Below are positions 10,624 to 20,284 of a stretch of DNA of 64,000 nucleotides, one piece after another. The stretch is from an uncultured Chloroflexia bacterium. Lineage in GTDB: Bacteria > Chloroflexota > Dehalococcoidia > GIF9 > AB-539-J10. Below the pieces are notes generated by a model. That model had not been told where the DNA came from and did not search any database. It saw only the letters and a list, made by a program, of their open reading frames with translations. The stretch is from positions 17,445-81,444 of the forward strand of contig CAVSBM010000005.1 of assembly GCA_963726175.1 (NCBI GenBank), written 5' to 3'. Both the position numbers and the translations under genes were made by a program. Every line of letters begins with the position of its first letter. Within the stretch, counting starts at the first letter, position 1.

Positions 10624-12075
10624 TTGAAAGCAGAGAAACTAGGAAGATTCGAGCATATTTTCAGCCCAAGGGCAGTCGCTGTAATAGGAGCGTCCGACAG
10701 CGATGGTTTCTCACAGGCTTTAATGGGTACAAAGCTCAGAGACAGTCTGTTCTTGGTTAATCCCAAGTATAAAGAACTCCACGGCAAAAGATGCTATGCC
10801 AGCATCTTAGATGTAGAGGACGGGATTGACTATGTTGTCATAGCAGTGCCGGCATTGCTAGTCCCCAGAATATTGGGCGAATGTATAGAAAAGGGGGTAA
10901 AAGCCGTCCACGTCTTTACAGCGGGTTTCAGTGAAACTGGAATGGAAGAAAGGAAGGTTTTGGAGGACGAGGTGCGGAATATAGCCAAAGGCAAAGTCAG
11001 CTTAATTGGTCCTAACTGCATGGGAATATGTTGCCCCAAGTCTGGTTTAGCTTTTATTCCCGATGTCTTAGCCGAGGAAGGTCCAGTCGGAGTGATTTCA
11101 CAAAGTGGCACCTTTGCTGAGCAATTCTTGTCCGTTGGGAGCCTAAGAAATGTGAAATTCAGCAAGGTTATCAGCTACGGAAATGCCATAGACCTCGACT
11201 GTCCCGACTTCTTGGAATACCTGGCAAATGACCCTGAAACCAAGGTCATAGCTTTATATATAGAGGGGACAAAGAACGGCAAGCAACTCAGAGCGGCGAT
11301 GACCGAGGCTGCCAAACTGAAGCCAGTACTGGCGCTCAAAGGAGGAGTAACCGAGCACGGCCGCCGGGCGGCATCTTCTCATACAGGTTCATTAGCCGGT
11401 TCACCAGAAATCTGGGGTTCACTTTTTAGGCAGGCTGGCGTAATCCAGGTGGAGGACTTCGACGGACTGCTGGACACCAGCTTGGCATTGTCCTGCGTGC
11501 GGCTCCCTTCAGGGAAAGGGACCGCCATTATTACCAACTCCGGTGGTTTTAGTGTGCTCGAAACTGATTTGTGTGTGAAAGCCGGACTGGAGGTCCCTCA
11601 ATTCACGCAAGAAACGATAGCTGAATTGCGCAGAATGGTTCCAATAGCGGGAACGAGCATAAATAATCCCTTGGATGCCTGGCCAATATTCTATAGTATG
11701 CCCGGAACAACAGGGACACTGGCAGATGCTATCAAAATCCTGTCTCGCGACAAGAATATTCATTCCATAGTGTTGCACTTTGACGAAGTGCGTTACCTGC
11801 GGCTGGTGTTTGGAGAAGCGACGGAAAACTTCCTGAAGGAATTGGTTAAGATTATGGTCCAGGGGTGCAGATATGCTCGAGATGAAATGGGCAAGGCCAT
11901 AATGGTTTGCGTTTCACTCGACGCCTATTCGGAAGATGAAGAGGATAGAAGGTATCACTTGCTGGCAAAGAAGGCTTTTGAAAGCGAGCAGTTCCCTGTA
12001 TATCCCGCGCTTGGTGCCTCTATCAAGGCTCTATCCAACTTGTACAGGTACAAGGCACGGTCTCACAACCCATAG
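10624..12075 (+). CDS. ADP-forming acyl-/acetyl-CoA synthetase, alpha-type, paralogue 2
   Basis: 483 aa, TTG start preceded by AGGAGG. Motifs: VAVIGAS, GPNCMGICCP, VGVISQSGT, SSHTGSLAG. Confidence 0.85.
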   Translation: MKAEKLGRFEHIFSPRAVAVIGASDSDGFSQALMGTKLRDSLFLVNPKYKELHGKRCYASILDVEDGIDYVVIAVPALLVPRILGECIEKGVKAVHVFTAGFSETGMEERKVLEDEVRNIAKGKVSLIGPNCMGICCPKSGLAFIPDVLAEEGPVGVISQSGTFAEQFLSVGSLRNVKFSKVISYGNAIDLDCPDFLEYLANDPETKVIALYIEGTKNGKQLRAAMTEAAKLKPVLALKGGVTEHGRRAASSHTGSLAGSPEIWGSLFRQAGVIQVEDFDGLLDTSLALSCVRLPSGKGTAIITNSGGFSVLETDLCVKAGLEVPQFTQETIAELRRMVPIAGTSINNPLDAWPIFYSMPGTTGTLADAIKILSRDKNIHSIVLHFDEVRYLRLVFGEATENFLKELVKIMVQGCRYARDEMGKAIMVCVSLDAYSEDEEDRRYHLLAKKAFESEQFPVYPALGASIKALSNLYRYKARSHNP

Positions 12076-12225
12076 ACTCTGCCACCAATGCCAATCGCCA
12101 GCTTTGGCCAATACGGGATCGGGGCCTCAAATCTCGTAAGTCGTCAGACAATACCAAACGCGCAGTCGCAAAGGAGAGCTCCCCACAAACGGGTGCTAGT
12201 AAGTCACTTATTGTAGGACGGGATT

Positions 12226-13362
12226 TCAGACCAGTCCAATTTTCTGGGCCACTATCTCCCTGTGGAAGTCAGTATTGCCAAAAGCAATATCTGCGGCCTT
12301 GCTTCTGCGGTAATAAAGGGGTATGTCGTGGTCAGCACTGGTAGCGATTGCCCCGTGTAGTCTCACTGCCCACTTGCTAACGTCCTTGTAGACTTCATTG
12401 ACATATGCCTTTGCCATAGAGGCTTCTCTGGCGCAGGGAAGTCCCTCCGACTCCATCCAGGCTACTTCATAAACCAGAAAACGGCTGGTTTCCATGGCTG
12501 TCCACATGTCAGCCATCTTGTGTTGAAGTGCTTGGAAAGAGCCAATGGGCCTTTCATATTGAACTCTTTCTTTGGAATACGCCACGGTCATTTCTACACA
12601 GGTCTCTATAGCACCTATGGATTCGGCACATTTAGCGATGGCGCCTTTACGCAACATCGTTTCCACAATGGGCCATCCCTCATCTAGTTTGCCCAGTATA
12701 TTCTTCTTGGGCACAGTGACGTCCTTGAAACGCACTTCGCACAGCTTATCTGCGGCGGTGGTAGGCATCACCTCGCAGCTTATTCCCGGAGTCTTGGCGT
12801 CGATAATAAAAAGGGTGATGCCCTTCTCGGGCGAAGCCCCATCTTTTGTCCTTGTGACGCAGAGGATGTGGCTGGCAACATGGGCCATTTCCACGAAGAG
12901 CTTGGTACCGTTTATTATGAAATCATTTCCTTTGGGTGTTGCCTTAACAGCGATTCCGGAAGCATCGAAGACGCCTTCGGTTTCCAGGAGAGCTGTGGTA
13001 AGAACTAATTCGCCTCGAGCTATCTTGGGAAGTAGATCCTTCTTCTGCTCTTCAGTTCCTGCCTGGAGTATGGGGAAGGTGCTGGTCACAGTGGCTATTA
13101 ATGGCCCGGGAAGAATGTTTCTGCCTATCTCCTCCAAGAGAACAACCAGGTCCTGGAAGCTATAACCCATGCCGCCGTATTCCTCAGGTATGATGAGGCC
13201 CATCCACCCCAGTTCCGCCATCTTCTTCCAGACTTCAGGAGAGTATCCTTCTGTGCTTTGTTCGAGTTTTCGTACCAGAGTCTTGGGACATTCGGTCGTG
13301 AGAAAATCCCGTGCCATCTTCTTCAGTATTTCTTGTGTTTCAGTAAATCTAAGGTCCATCAT
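12226..13362 (-). CDS. Acyl-CoA dehydrogenase
   Basis: 378 aa. Typical three-domain ACAD layout with a C-terminal ...YYRRSKAADIAFGNTDFHRE motif (catalytic-base region). Confidence 0.85.
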   Translation of the reverse strand: MMDLRFTETQEILKKMARDFLTTECPKTLVRKLEQSTEGYSPEVWKKMAELGWMGLIIPEEYGGMGYSFQDLVVLLEEIGRNILPGPLIATVTSTFPILQAGTEEQKKDLLPKIARGELVLTTALLETEGVFDASGIAVKATPKGNDFIINGTKLFVEMAHVASHILCVTRTKDGASPEKGITLFIIDAKTPGISCEVMPTTAADKLCEVRFKDVTVPKKNILGKLDEGWPIVETMLRKGAIAKCAESIGAIETCVEMTVAYSKERVQYERPIGSFQALQHKMADMWTAMETSRFLVYEVAWMESEGLPCAREASMAKAYVNEVYKDVSKWAVRLHGAIATSADHDIPLYYRRSKAADIAFGNTDFHREIVAQKIGLV

Positions 13363-13383
13363 TCCTCCTTATCGAAGCTCAGT

Positions 13384-14568
13384 TTATCTTATCCTGGGTA
13401 AGCCGAGACCGTACCAGGCGATGATATTCCTTTGTATTTCATTGGTTCCCATGGATACGGTGGTTATGAAGTGTTCGTGGAACATCCTCTCCCACACCCC
13501 ATCTAAAGGAGCCCATCGAGAGGTCTTGACCTGACCATAGGGACCCATAATGTCTGTAACCACAAAGGCAAAACGCTCGCCCAGTTCACTGAAGAAGATT
13601 TTGCCTGCCGAGGCATCCATCAGAGACATTTCGTTTCTGTTCTGTAAATCAGCGACACGATATGCCAGAGCACGGGCTGCCTCTAGTTGGCAAGCTAGCT
13701 CAGCTAGCCTGTTACGGACAAGCGGGTTCTTGGCCAATGGTTGCCCATGTCGTTTGGTCTGGTTGCAGAATGTGACCACTTGTTCCAGCCCCCGGATCAT
13801 GCTCATGATTTCGTTTATGCCAGACCTCTCGAAACCAGCCAGGAGATTCACAACAGCCCAGCCTTCGTGTTCTTGGCCGACAATGTTCTTGGCTGGCACA
13901 TGGACATCGTCGAAATAAACCTCGCAATAAGGAGCATGGCCATCCAGGTATGGAATTGGCCTTATTGTTATCCCCGGCGTCTTCATATCGAGTAGAATGA
14001 AGGTCATGTTGTGATGTTTTCGACCGGCCGGGTCTGTCTTGAACACACCGAAGCCCCAGTCGCCTTTGTGAGCGCCCGTATTCCAGGTCTTCTGACCATT
14101 TATGACGTACTCGTCGCCCTTCTTTATTGCTGTTGTAGATAGAGAGGCAAGGTCTGAGCCAGCATTGGGCTCGCTCCATAGTTCGCACCACATAACTTCT
14201 CCACGGGCAATAGGTGGCAGGAATTTTCTCTTTATTTCTTCACTTGCAGCCTGCAGCAAGGTTGGGGCAAGCATTTGCACTCCAAAAATATCTACTCCGG
14301 GAATGCCATAGTATCCTCTGGCTTCGGCAAAGAGGACGCGATCCATCATGTCGCCTTTGCCGCCATGTTCAGGTGGCCAACCCAGGGCAAGCCACCCCCT
14401 CTTGGCAAATTCCTTGGCACAATGCAGATTGTACTCCCAACACTTGTCATCTTCGTAGATGGTCTCAAATCCCAGAAAGTGGGGCGGTCTTCTTTTTTCG
14501 AGTTCTTTACATACGTCATAGAACTCTTGTTTGCGAACTTTTTGTTCGTTCGTGAGCGCAAGATCCAT
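13384..14568 (-). CDS. Acyl-CoA dehydrogenase (second, divergent paralogue)
   Basis: 394 aa. Motifs WCELWSEPNAGSDLASL and KTWNTGAH, plus a C-terminal GTNEIQRNIIA. Sits 21 nt upstream of the other ACAD; RBS AAAGGAGG. Confidence 0.85.
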   Translation of the reverse strand: MDLALTNEQKVRKQEFYDVCKELEKRRPPHFLGFETIYEDDKCWEYNLHCAKEFAKRGWLALGWPPEHGGKGDMMDRVLFAEARGYYGIPGVDIFGVQMLAPTLLQAASEEIKRKFLPPIARGEVMWCELWSEPNAGSDLASLSTTAIKKGDEYVINGQKTWNTGAHKGDWGFGVFKTDPAGRKHHNMTFILLDMKTPGITIRPIPYLDGHAPYCEVYFDDVHVPAKNIVGQEHEGWAVVNLLAGFERSGINEIMSMIRGLEQVVTFCNQTKRHGQPLAKNPLVRNRLAELACQLEAARALAYRVADLQNRNEMSLMDASAGKIFFSELGERFAFVVTDIMGPYGQVKTSRWAPLDGVWERMFHEHFITTVSMGTNEIQRNIIAWYGLGLPRIR

Positions 14569-14624
14569 GTCTACCTCCTTTGAGTCTGAAAATATTGTGA
14601 CTGGGCTGCTTGAATTTGCGCCTT

Positions 14625-14653
14625 ATTTTAATTTGTGTGGGGGAAATTGTCAA
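14625..14653 (-). promoter_or_regulatory. Predicted sigma-70 promoter of the two-gene ACAD operon
   Basis: On the minus strand: TTGACA (14648-14653), 17 nt, TAAAAT (14625-14630). About 50 nt upstream of the ATG at 14568. Confidence 0.55.
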
Positions 14654-14906
14654 AAGGCTTGTAGTAGTATGGGCCGGACGATAGAAACCGGAAATGGGGG
14701 AGGTTCTGCCACTATGGCTAAAGGTCAGAGAAATGCAACATGCGTCCCTGTTGCAACTTAAGGATATCTCTGATGGGGCGAGAACCCGCTCTCGGGGATT
14801 AGAAAGCCCTTTCCTGAGGATTAGCAGTCTTCCCGAAAACTGCGCCGGGGCTACACACACAATTCGGGCCTGGCAAGCCCCGGAAACTGGCTTTTACAAA
14901 TCCTAA

Positions 14907-15134
14907 TTACACTATTTCCAGTCTGACTCTCTTATCCTCTTTGGCTGCCTTTACTCGAAGTAGCGTCCGTAGTGCCTGAGCTACGCGACCCTGTCTGCCA
15001 ATAACCCTTCCCTTGTCATCGGGAGCAACCTCTAATTTAATTAGTAATCCTTCATCACTATTTTCCTCGGTGATCTTCACTGCATCAGGTGCTGCGACAA
15101 TGGATTTGATAATGTATTCCAGCAGGTCTTTCAT
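14907..15134 (-). CDS. KH-domain RNA-binding protein (YlqC/UPF0109 family)
   Basis: 75 aa with the GRVIGRQGRVAQALRTLL KH motif. Lies directly downstream of rpsP, as in many bacteria. Confidence 0.9.
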   Translation of the reverse strand: MKDLLEYIIKSIVAAPDAVKITEENSDEGLLIKLEVAPDDKGRVIGRQGRVAQALRTLLRVKAAKEDKRVRLEIV

Positions 15135-15150
15135 TTCGCCTCCTTAATAG

Positions 15151-15420
15151 TTAATTTTGGCCTGAGGTCGGCTTAACCTTGTCCATAATGCCTAGTTTGC
15201 TGAGCAAGCTGCGCACCGTAGCCGTCGGCTGTGCTCCAGATCTAAGCCATTTCAAAGCTTTTTCTTCATCAATGCTCGTAGTTGCGGGATCAGTCAAAGG
15301 ATTGTAATGGCCGATAATCTCGATAAATTTGCCATCACGGGGAGAGCGACTATCGGTTACTACCACTCGGTAGAATGGCCTGTTTCTCCTCCCCATACGG
15401 CGTAGTCTGATTTTAACCAT
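15151..15420 (-). CDS. rpsP: 30S ribosomal protein S16
   Basis: 89 aa, starting [34 protein letters not shown]. Confidence 0.95.
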   Translation of the reverse strand: MVKIRLRRMGRRNRPFYRVVVTDSRSPRDGKFIEIIGHYNPLTDPATTSIDEEKALKWLRSGAQPTATVRSLLSKLGIMDKVKPTSGQN

Positions 15421-15431
15421 TTTTCAAGGTG

Positions 15432-15460
15432 ATTATCTCTTAAATGTCAATGTTTGTCAA
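15432..15460 (-). promoter_or_regulatory. Predicted sigma-70 promoter of rpsP; the transcript would be nearly leaderless
   Basis: On the minus strand: TTGACA (15455-15460), 17 nt, GATAAT (15432-15437). Only 11 nt separate the -10 from the ATG and there is no Shine-Dalgarno. A second TTGACA lies 10 bp downstream (15445-15450). Confidence 0.55.
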
Positions 15461-15711
15461 TGGTTTGTCCTCGTTCAGTACCTTATGCTAGCACCTGGCC
15501 CAAGTATCCTGGAGAAATAAGGCCTTACATTTATGCCACGAATGCCCAGAGAGATTCGCGAAGGAAGTAAGGAAGAAGACTAGAGTTACAGAGAGGTTTC
15601 CTGATGATATCTCAAGCAAAATCCTTTTTGCGTATAAACATACCGTTTTGCCATGTCAGGTTTTTGCCAGTTCGCCACTAGAGAATCTTCAGCCTAGGGT
15701 TATGAACTAGA

Positions 15712-16860
15712 TTATCCCTCAATAGACTCTCTGTACCTCTGGGCTACCTTTGCCCAGGTCCACTTCTGTTCCACAAGCCTGCGGCCGTTTGTGGCCAATC
15801 TCAACCGCTCTGTTTCGTTGCTTAGCAAATCGGTGATTTTTGTTGCCATTTCTTCTGTGCTTTTCACTAAATAACCAACGTTGTCATCCTGGAAAACAAA
15901 CCTGTGAGCTTCAATGTCGTTGACTACAGGAACAGTCCCGGTAGCCATGGCTTCAACCAAGGGAATGCCAAACCCTTCAAAGGTAGAGTTGGAAACATAA
16001 ACAGCAGAGCTCGATAATAACTCAATTTTCTCCCTCTCCGGTAAATACCCATGCATGAAAACGTTCTGGAATAAATCAAGTGCCTCAATCTTTCGCCTCA
16101 CCTGTTCGTGTTTAGGACCGTCGCCAACGATGTGTAACTTTACTTCAGGAAATTTGTTCCTTACCATAGCGATAGCCTCAATAAGGGAACTCACCCTCTT
16201 AAGCTCTGTCAACCTACCGATGTAGATTAGACTATAGGGTATCTTATTCACGGAGAATGGGTAGTCTTCGACATTGACGCCGTTGCCTACAACCACAATC
16301 TTGTCTTGACAAAATCCCTCTTCCGTTAGAACACCTTGTACCATAGGACTGATCACGGCGATTTTATCCAGCTTGATCAGACGAAGTGCTGCTTTCTCCA
16401 ACACCCCGATTACCCGCATTGCACATTTGGATGAGCTACCGACGTTCGAGGCATGAGAGGCATGGTATAAATGATGGATAACTCCTATCTTGAACGGCCC
16501 CTTCGGAGCAAAACGGAGAAGGAACGATGCCAGCATGCCATTTCCTATCAATATATCTGGGGCGGCCTCTTTGATATATCTATTTGCTTCTTTACAGAAA
16601 GATACCCCGCCGGCGTGCATCCACCTTACCCACCTGGAGCCTCCCATACATATTATGTTGACCCCCCTGTATTTAGCTTCCTGAATTTGCTTGTTCCCCG
16701 AGAAGTTAGGACACAGAATAGTAGTATCGTAGTCTGAAGCTAGGCCGGTTAAAGCAGACAAGGCATGTGCTAACCCTCCTTCAGTGTAGGCAAGCTCATC
16801 TTCCTTGATTATTGGCCCGCCAGTGTGGTTGACAAGGACTATCCTCTTCGTTCTTTTCAT
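15712..16860 (-). CDS. Glycosyltransferase family 4 (GT-B fold)
   Basis: 382 aa. C-terminal Glycos_transf_1 signature: NSTFEGFGIPLVEAMATGTVPVV. Confidence 0.85.
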   Translation of the reverse strand: MKRTKRIVLVNHTGGPIIKEDELAYTEGGLAHALSALTGLASDYDTTILCPNFSGNKQIQEAKYRGVNIICMGGSRWVRWMHAGGVSFCKEANRYIKEAAPDILIGNGMLASFLLRFAPKGPFKIGVIHHLYHASHASNVGSSSKCAMRVIGVLEKAALRLIKLDKIAVISPMVQGVLTEEGFCQDKIVVVGNGVNVEDYPFSVNKIPYSLIYIGRLTELKRVSSLIEAIAMVRNKFPEVKLHIVGDGPKHEQVRRKIEALDLFQNVFMHGYLPEREKIELLSSSAVYVSNSTFEGFGIPLVEAMATGTVPVVNDIEAHRFVFQDDNVGYLVKSTEEMATKITDLLSNETERLRLATNGRRLVEQKWTWAKVAQRYRESIEG

Positions 16861-17040
16861 AACCCTCGAGAAACCCTTTAGTAATGGGTAAATTGAATTG
16901 TCATTCCCTAATAGACGGGTTGGCCTTATTTTGAAGTCTTACCTTATCGGCTGCATTCTTCTTCTCTAAGGGTAAGCTCTGTTAGAATATATCACAAAAT
17001 GGCACTGATTGTAACAGGTAGGTTTCTCTAGGACTTGTAT

Positions 17041-17069
17041 TTGACAGGACTAATAAAACGTAGTAGATT
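17041..17069 (+). promoter_or_regulatory. Predicted sigma-70 promoter of the methyltransferase gene
   Basis: TTGACA (17041-17046), 17 nt, TAGATT (17064-17069). The conserved 14-mer TTTTGGGAAGACCG lies at 17079-17092. Confidence 0.5.
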
Positions 17070-17151
17070 GCGTTGAGGTTTTGGGAAGACCGGACTATTA
17101 CCATTGATTTGTGCAAATCCAGAAGTGGAACTCTACATGAACGGTAGTTAG

Positions 17152-17910
17152 ATGAGTGGGAAAGAAACCGACGAAAGACTCTATGAGCGGACTTTAAGAG
17201 ATCTGAAGCGTGGCAAATTCCCCGGGGACTTTAATGTAAAGTTGAGAATGTGTGACCCAGGGCCAGGTGAGAAGATTCTGGACATAGGATGTGGTATTGG
17301 ATGGTTTGCTGCCACTGTGGCGTCTCAGTATAGAGCTGAAGTATTAGCTATTGACGCCTCTAAGTATTCTATTAACGAGGCAAGAAAAAGGTATGGAAAC
17401 GTAAACAATCTTGATTTTCAGGTTTGTGATGCCCTGCTAATAGAGTATGAAGAGGCGTTTGATAAGATTTTGTGTCTTGATGTGTTAGAACATTTTTCCC
17501 ATAAAGACGCTCAGATCTTATTGAAGAAGATTCACACAGCCTTGAGAGAGGGAGGCAGTCTAGTTTTGTGCGTACCGATAAATGACGTTTGGCACTTGCC
17601 GCCTGTGCGAAAACTGGCCAGCTTTCTGAATATCCCAACGTTTGAACATAAGACATTCTTCAGTATGCGAAAGGTCGAAGCGGAGCTCAAGCAAGTTGGA
17701 TTTTCTATAGTAGAGTTGTCACCCTGGTTTTACCTCGAGGATCAGCTCAAGATAACGTTGCCACACAGGGTATGTTCCTTGCCACTAATTGGCAAATACT
17801 TTGTGGGTAGTGTGAATGTTCGCGCCGTCAAGAATGGCTATGCTCCTTCGTCCTTTCTCCGAAATAACGGTGAAACATTCAATCTCGTTAATACACTAGT
17901 CCAGAGATGA
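17152..17910 (+). CDS. Class I SAM-dependent methyltransferase
   Basis: 252 aa. Motif I ILDIGCGIGWFA and the post-I acidic residue; LDVLEHF motif. Confidence 0.85.
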   Translation: MSGKETDERLYERTLRDLKRGKFPGDFNVKLRMCDPGPGEKILDIGCGIGWFAATVASQYRAEVLAIDASKYSINEARKRYGNVNNLDFQVCDALLIEYEEAFDKILCLDVLEHFSHKDAQILLKKIHTALREGGSLVLCVPINDVWHLPPVRKLASFLNIPTFEHKTFFSMRKVEAELKQVGFSIVELSPWFYLEDQLKITLPHRVCSLPLIGKYFVGSVNVRAVKNGYAPSSFLRNNGETFNLVNTLVQR

Positions 17911-17935
17911 TGATTAGATTATAATTCTTTGAGAC

Positions 17936-18571
17936 ATGTGGAATAACATATGGCAGATTCTCGGCATGGTCACTGCAGGTGGCCTACTATGGCTGGGCAT
18001 TGTGTTTGTGCTGGCTGTGCTCATGGAGCTAGGGTTACCTGTAACCTCTCCCATTTTCGAAGGCTTGCTGATTTTTACTGGTTTTCAAGTTGTTCAGACC
18101 GGCTATGTTGCAGCCGCGTTGCCATTTCTAGCAGTAGCCATGGCAGGTCGCTTATGCGGCTCTATGGCTAGTTATCGTCTTTCATGCAGCTTGGGAAACA
18201 CGGTAATAAATAGAATTGGCAAGCATATTCGGGTTACTCAGGACCGAATTGACCTGGTGAAACAAAGACTGGGGACACTTGCTGTACCTAGCATAATCGT
18301 GGCACGTTTTACCCCAGGGCTTGGCCTTGTCAGTAATATTGCCTCTGGAATATCTCGAATTCGCTACAAAACATTTTTGACCGCTGTCCTGATACATGTC
18401 TTGGCCTGGGAGGCAATATTCCTGGCATTAGGAGCACTGGGGGGCAAGGTGTCAAAGTCCTTCAATCCCCAGCTTTATCCCACCGTGCTCATCATCTGGA
18501 TAGTGGTAATGGTTATCGTCGGCATCGTTGTAAGTTATTTTGCCTTTCGGCGAATTAGGACTAGTAAGTAG
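17936..18571 (+). CDS. DedA/SNARE-associated family membrane protein
   Basis: 211 aa, hydrophobic. Contains the VARFTPGLGLVSNIASGISRIRYKTFL motif typical of DedA proteins. Confidence 0.75.
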   Translation: MWNNIWQILGMVTAGGLLWLGIVFVLAVLMELGLPVTSPIFEGLLIFTGFQVVQTGYVAAALPFLAVAMAGRLCGSMASYRLSCSLGNTVINRIGKHIRVTQDRIDLVKQRLGTLAVPSIIVARFTPGLGLVSNIASGISRIRYKTFLTAVLIHVLAWEAIFLALGALGGKVSKSFNPQLYPTVLIIWIVVMVIVGIVVSYFAFRRIRTSK

Positions 18572-18577
18572 CTATTT

Positions 18578-19291
18578 CTACCTTTCCAATAACTGGTCAA
18601 AAAGAAAGCGGTCGATCAACATTCTCATAGTGACATTGCCCTTCTTAAGATCCGCCTTGAGATCAGCAGTCAGCCGCCGCACTACAATAATAATGAGCAA
18701 GGCAAGAAAAGCCTGGGTGATAGTCGTTAATCCTTTGGAATGCCAAGAAGCTGCTGGAGCTGCAATGAAACCCAAAAGCATACCCAAAGGTAAACTCAGA
18801 GCCATGGGATGACTAGACGTATAGGCTTTGGTTTCGCCATCCTTGGTCTCATGGGAGGTAGTACTGCGCCTCTCGTAATAATATCTTAGAGCAGCACCTG
18901 TGGCAAAAAATATAAGGGAGAGCAGAGCCCAATATACTCCGTAGAGCAAAGATAAGGTCATCACCACGCCTACAGCTGGAGCATTCCCCTTCTCCCCACG
19001 GCCACCGTAAGGTGGCGGCCACATTTGTCCCGCTACAGTCGTCACACCGGAGAAAGCAACCGCTATGCTTGATATACCGAGGCCGGAGCCGATCAGTATG
19101 ACAATAACTCCTTTGAAGAAATCGACTGCGCCTGCCAATATAGCTAATTTCTTGCCTGTCTGACGCCACAAAGCAATGTGTAAATCTTGTTCTTGAGATA
19201 TATCCAGGCCGCTCAGTCTGGCTAATGCAACGGAAAAAGGGAGGGAACCAAAAAGATAACCACCGCCGATCAAGATGATTTCAGCTAGCAT
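18578..19291 (-). CDS. plsY: Glycerol-3-phosphate acyltransferase PlsY-like membrane protein
   Basis: 237 aa. N-terminal GGYLFGSLPFSVALARL motif and a GEKGNAPAVG motif. Confidence 0.75.
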   Translation of the reverse strand: MLAEIILIGGGYLFGSLPFSVALARLSGLDISQEQDLHIALWRQTGKKLAILAGAVDFFKGVIVILIGSGLGISSIAVAFSGVTTVAGQMWPPPYGGRGEKGNAPAVGVVMTLSLLYGVYWALLSLIFFATGAALRYYYERRSTTSHETKDGETKAYTSSHPMALSLPLGMLLGFIAAPAASWHSKGLTTITQAFLALLIIIVVRRLTADLKADLKKGNVTMRMLIDRFLFDQLLER

Positions 19292-20085
19292 CTTTCCTTA
19301 AATCAACAATGCTGTAATCCAAGTTTTCCTCCTCCAACCTCTGCACCAAGATTGAGACGTTGTTTTCACTACAGACCACTAGAAAGAGCAAGCCACGGTA
19401 AGCTGCCTCTATGGCCTGCTTCCCGGACGCCATGAACGTAATCAGGCTTTGCACCTATCTGCCTCAATGCTACCAGGGCTTCCGTGCCCAGTGCTCCCAC
19501 TAGCTTCGCTTCTTTTACCTCCCTTTTCAATCGGGCCAGGTTGGTGCTCTTGGAACCTCCATTCTGCACATTGGGCACTTTGCCTATGATTACTTTAGCT
19601 GGCTCGAGTTTGATTACACCTTCAATGTTGCGAATGCCGACATCCTGTCCTTTTTTAGCCTCAGTTACCGTTATTCCTTTGGCCGCTTTGCGCTTGACAA
19701 CATTCGAGGCGAGGAGCAAGCCGTCTTTCATATATAGGGATGCTGGTTGGCCAGCGGATAGGTCGCTATCAGCTATCGCCGTGGTGGTTGATATATCAGC
19801 CACCACTTTACTGACAGACCAAGCGTAGCTATGTAGCTGCCGGGACATCTGCAAAACCCAATCTACGCCCTCCTTGGTGACCTTGTATCGGGAGCGACCC
19901 TGGGAACTCAGCCAGCCGTCCTTCATCAATTCCCTTATGTATTCGGAAACCGCCTGCGAAGTGATACCCAATCTTGGGGCGATGTCTTTCTGCTGTATGT
20001 TAGGCTGATGTGCAGCTATCTCCACCATTATCTGAAACTTGGTCGCCAGGTTCTTGCTCTTTAGTATTTGCGCCATATTAGCCAT
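19281..20085 (-). pseudogene. Winged-helix transcriptional regulator with an uncharacterised C-terminal domain; frameshifted near 19414
   Basis: N-terminal wHTH (QKDIAPRLGITSQAVSEYIRELMKDGWL). After ...GVREA the annotated frame ends at 19369. The adjacent frame continues as AIEAAYRGLLFLVVCSENNVSILVQRLEEENLDYSIVDLRKDAS*, and its stop (19281-19283) overlaps the plsY start. Confidence 0.6.
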
Positions 20086-20284
20086 TATAGCACTTGCTAG
20101 CCAGGCTATGGTTAACTCTGTAAGTCATCATAATCTTCCCTGAAAAGCTATTGACAATTCCCTGGATAGTAGTGGTATTATGTTCCCATAAGACCGACAT
20201 AAGGTTGAGGGTCACCTGTGTGCATCAGATGGTTGTCACAGTTCTCATCATGTTCAGTTCAACACGCACGAGGGAGGTGCAGCA

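Noticed and set aside
12572-13165. 197-aa plus-strand ORF inside the acyl-CoA dehydrogenase gene. Similar cases are 22942-23526, 23959-24525, 13712-14191 and 52659-53153.
   Set aside because: These are antisense shadows of well-supported genes, with Ser/Arg/Pro-rich composition and no recognisable motifs or ribosome-binding sites.
14516-14860. 114-aa minus-strand ORF covering the KH-ACAD intergenic region
   Set aside because: It overlaps the ACAD start and its predicted promoter. Its composition is Ser/Arg-rich and non-protein-like, and there is no RBS.
14654-14906. Possible RNase P RNA, SRP RNA, tmRNA or cobalamin riboswitch
   Set aside because: Only loose resemblances were found (CAGGAAAGGGC vs GAGGAAAGUCC; GAGAACCCGC vs AGAACCCGGC; GCCACTA vs GCCACUG). 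These lie on inconsistent strands or in inconsistent order, and the region is too short for RNase P.
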